Source: Chrysomallon squamiferum (taxonomy: Eukaryota; Animalia; Mollusca). From it: DNA of 64,000 nt. The translations under genes and the position numbers were made by a program. Every line of letters starts with the position of its first letter. Positions within the stretch are counted from its first letter, which is position 1. This document shows positions 61,801 to 64,000 of the stretch, piece by piece. The notes beneath the pieces were generated by a model. That model did not search any database and was not told where the DNA came from. It saw nothing but the letters and a program-made list of their open reading frames with translations. The stretch lies in NCBI GenBank assembly GCA_012295275.1, contig CM022671.1, forward strand, positions 5,270,001-5,334,000, in the 5' to 3' direction.

Positions 61801-64000
61801 CTAAGAGGGCAGACCCTGATTCAGCTGGAAGGGCACAGCGGGCGTGTGCTGCAGAAGTCCAATTCGCTGTTTTAACTTTCTCTGTTCTGTCATCTGTGAA
61901 AAAAACCATCACCAACATTAAAATCTGATCTGAATGTCGCTGTGAAAAGTTAAGAAAGAAATCTCAACCACTGAAGAGTTATTTCAACTGTAAAAATTCA
62001 CTATTTATTAAACAGTAATTTTAAACAATGTCATCACTTAAAAAAAAACCCCTGTAAACTGCAAAATAATACTTGTACTAAAAAACATTCTTATAAAGTT
62101 TTTCAGTCCAAACAGCTGAATAAATGTGATAAACATTCAACTACTCCAGACAATTTTAATCCTAAATTAATTCAGTAATCTAAGTACAATTATATTTAGG
62201 GCGTAAAAACAATAAAAAAAATATTGAATGAGAAAACCCCAGTGCTATAACAAAAATTGACTACTCTCCTTGTTTTAACAGCTACAGAACAAATCTTTTG
62301 TGTACATCATCCTCCCACAGAGAGAAAAAACACTTGTTATTTCTGGCTTAAATAAATCAGACATGCAGCTGTGGTTGGAATGAGATATTCTCAGTAAGGC
62401 TACAACCTGATTTTAAAAAAAATCTCTGTTTGACTGTACTGACTCACCTGTTCTTTAAGCTCTGTGAGTTGTTGTGACAGCGTTATCACCAGTCTGTTGG
62501 TGTTGTCAAGCTGCTGCTGAAGGTTGCGAAACTCGTTCTGCTCAGCCTCACCCTCGTCAGCCGTCAGTGACATGGCTCGCATACGCGGAAACCAGTCGAG
62601 AATCTTCTCCTAAAAAAACAAAAAAAAAAACAAATCTTTTATTAAAAAATAATAATGTGAAATATTTACAGTTAATTATTTAAAAATAAAGACATGTTGT
62701 TCATATTTATAATCATTACATTTTAATTGAAATGTATTAAAGTGAAATATTTAAATTTAATTATTTATAAATAAATATAGGTTGTTCACATTTATAAGTA
62801 GACAGCTGTATTATAAAACTGATTACACTTATTAATATATCAAAACTATTTAAAAATAATATGAAATAATATTATGCCTTACATTTACATTAATTGTTAT
62901 AATTACTTAAAATTTTAAAATTAGTTTAATTTAAGTAATCTGTTCAGTATGTGTTATTATTTTGAAAAAAAAAAAGTTTTGTCTTGATCTAGTTTTAAAA
63001 AATCTTTTATTATTATTATTATTTTTATTATCATCATAATAATTTTTTTATTTATTTATTATTATTGTTGTTGTTGTTTCATTACTGACATGTATTAATT
63101 AAAAGTTTTAAAAATTATTTTATTATTATTATTATTTTTATTTTTATTATTATTATTGTTGTTATTGTTATTGTTGTTGTTGTTGCTGTTTAACTACTGA
63201 CATGTATTAATAAAAAGTTTTGAAAAAAATATTTTATTATTATTGTTGTTGTTGTTGTTGTTGTTGCTGCTGTTTCACTACTGACATGTATTAATGAAAG
63301 GTATGGAATTGTTTACATTTATTAATGAAGACACGTAACTCTCAGGTCCAGTGAACTCTGTAGGGTCTTTGACCTTGACGAGGACGATGAAGTAGAGGTA
63401 GTGCCACATGTTGTGTTCTGAGTGGATATGTCCTTCAAACGATGTTGTCCTGTTGTCAAATAACTTTCTCTCAGATCCTGAGATAAACAAAAACATGTGA
63501 CTTTATATTTATACACTTTCACAATCTTAGAAATTCACACACACAAAAAAAAAAAATAATGATAATAATAATAAAAAAAAAATAAAATAAATAAATAAAA
63601 TAATTTATTTAAACTGAACATCAGTATGCATTATAATATTAATCTGATATAAATTTCTTAATTTGCAAATCAAAGTATGCTAAGATCATGTACATATATA
63701 TATTTTTTTATGGTTTGTGATACTGGATTCAAAATTATAAATTTTAAAAATTTAAAAAAAAAATAGGGAAAAAAGAAGGAAAAAAAGAAAAAAGTGGAAA
63801 ACTGTAGGTTATTATAGAAATTAAAAAAAACAACAACAAACAACTGAACTGAAACTTACCACAGATGAAACAAGAGTTTCTCAGAATTTCATCCTTGGTT
63901 TGTTTTTCACTTCTGAGATCAGCAAATGTGTCGATGATGACACCAAAGATGAGGTTGAGGACGATGATGATGATGATGAAGAAGAAGAGAAGATCATAGA
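61801..64000 (-). CDS. ITPR: Inositol 1,4,5-trisphosphate receptor, last four coding exons (gene continues beyond the window end)
   Basis: Exon >64000-63860 [46 protein letters not shown] (TM6 gate); exon 63477-63317 ...[43 protein letters not shown]; exon 62609-62448 [15 protein letters not shown]...ELKEQ; exon 61893-61801 [30 protein letters not shown]. All have GT/AG boundaries with compatible phases. Confidence 0.96.

Noticed and set aside
63465-63480. ITPR GSER in place of the usual GLER after CFIC
   Set aside because: A single-residue difference in an error-prone assembly; the Zn-binding Cys/His residues are intact.

Overview
Eukaryotic, very AT-rich, microsatellite-dense animal genomic DNA. 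It is probably a gastropod mollusc, inferred from SINE-like fragments and protein similarity. Most ORFs in the supplied track are microsatellite noise. The real genes are spliced and were reconstructed by hand from GT/AG sites. (1) A tandem array of three minus-strand paralogs at 39.7-48.8 kb, each encoding an N-terminal RWD-like domain and a C-terminal AKAP7/LENG9-type 2H phosphoesterase with both HxT/S motifs. All three share one phase-1 intron at the same position. Only the upstream copy (LENG9-like) keeps the MJ1316 domain; in the other two it is replaced by unrelated disordered linkers (13 KSP-type octapeptide repeats; acidic W-x-x-L/I motifs). (2) A divergently oriented sarcospan/CD20-like tetraspan gene at 51.9-57.8 kb (+). 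(3) The last four coding exons of an IP3 receptor at 61.8-64 kb (-). The first 38 kb has no long coding sequence but carries several strong minus-strand splice donors, some with short in-frame ATG exons. These suggest alternative first exons of a large gene continuing left of the window. Four frameshifts all fall in short homopolymers and are most likely assembly errors.
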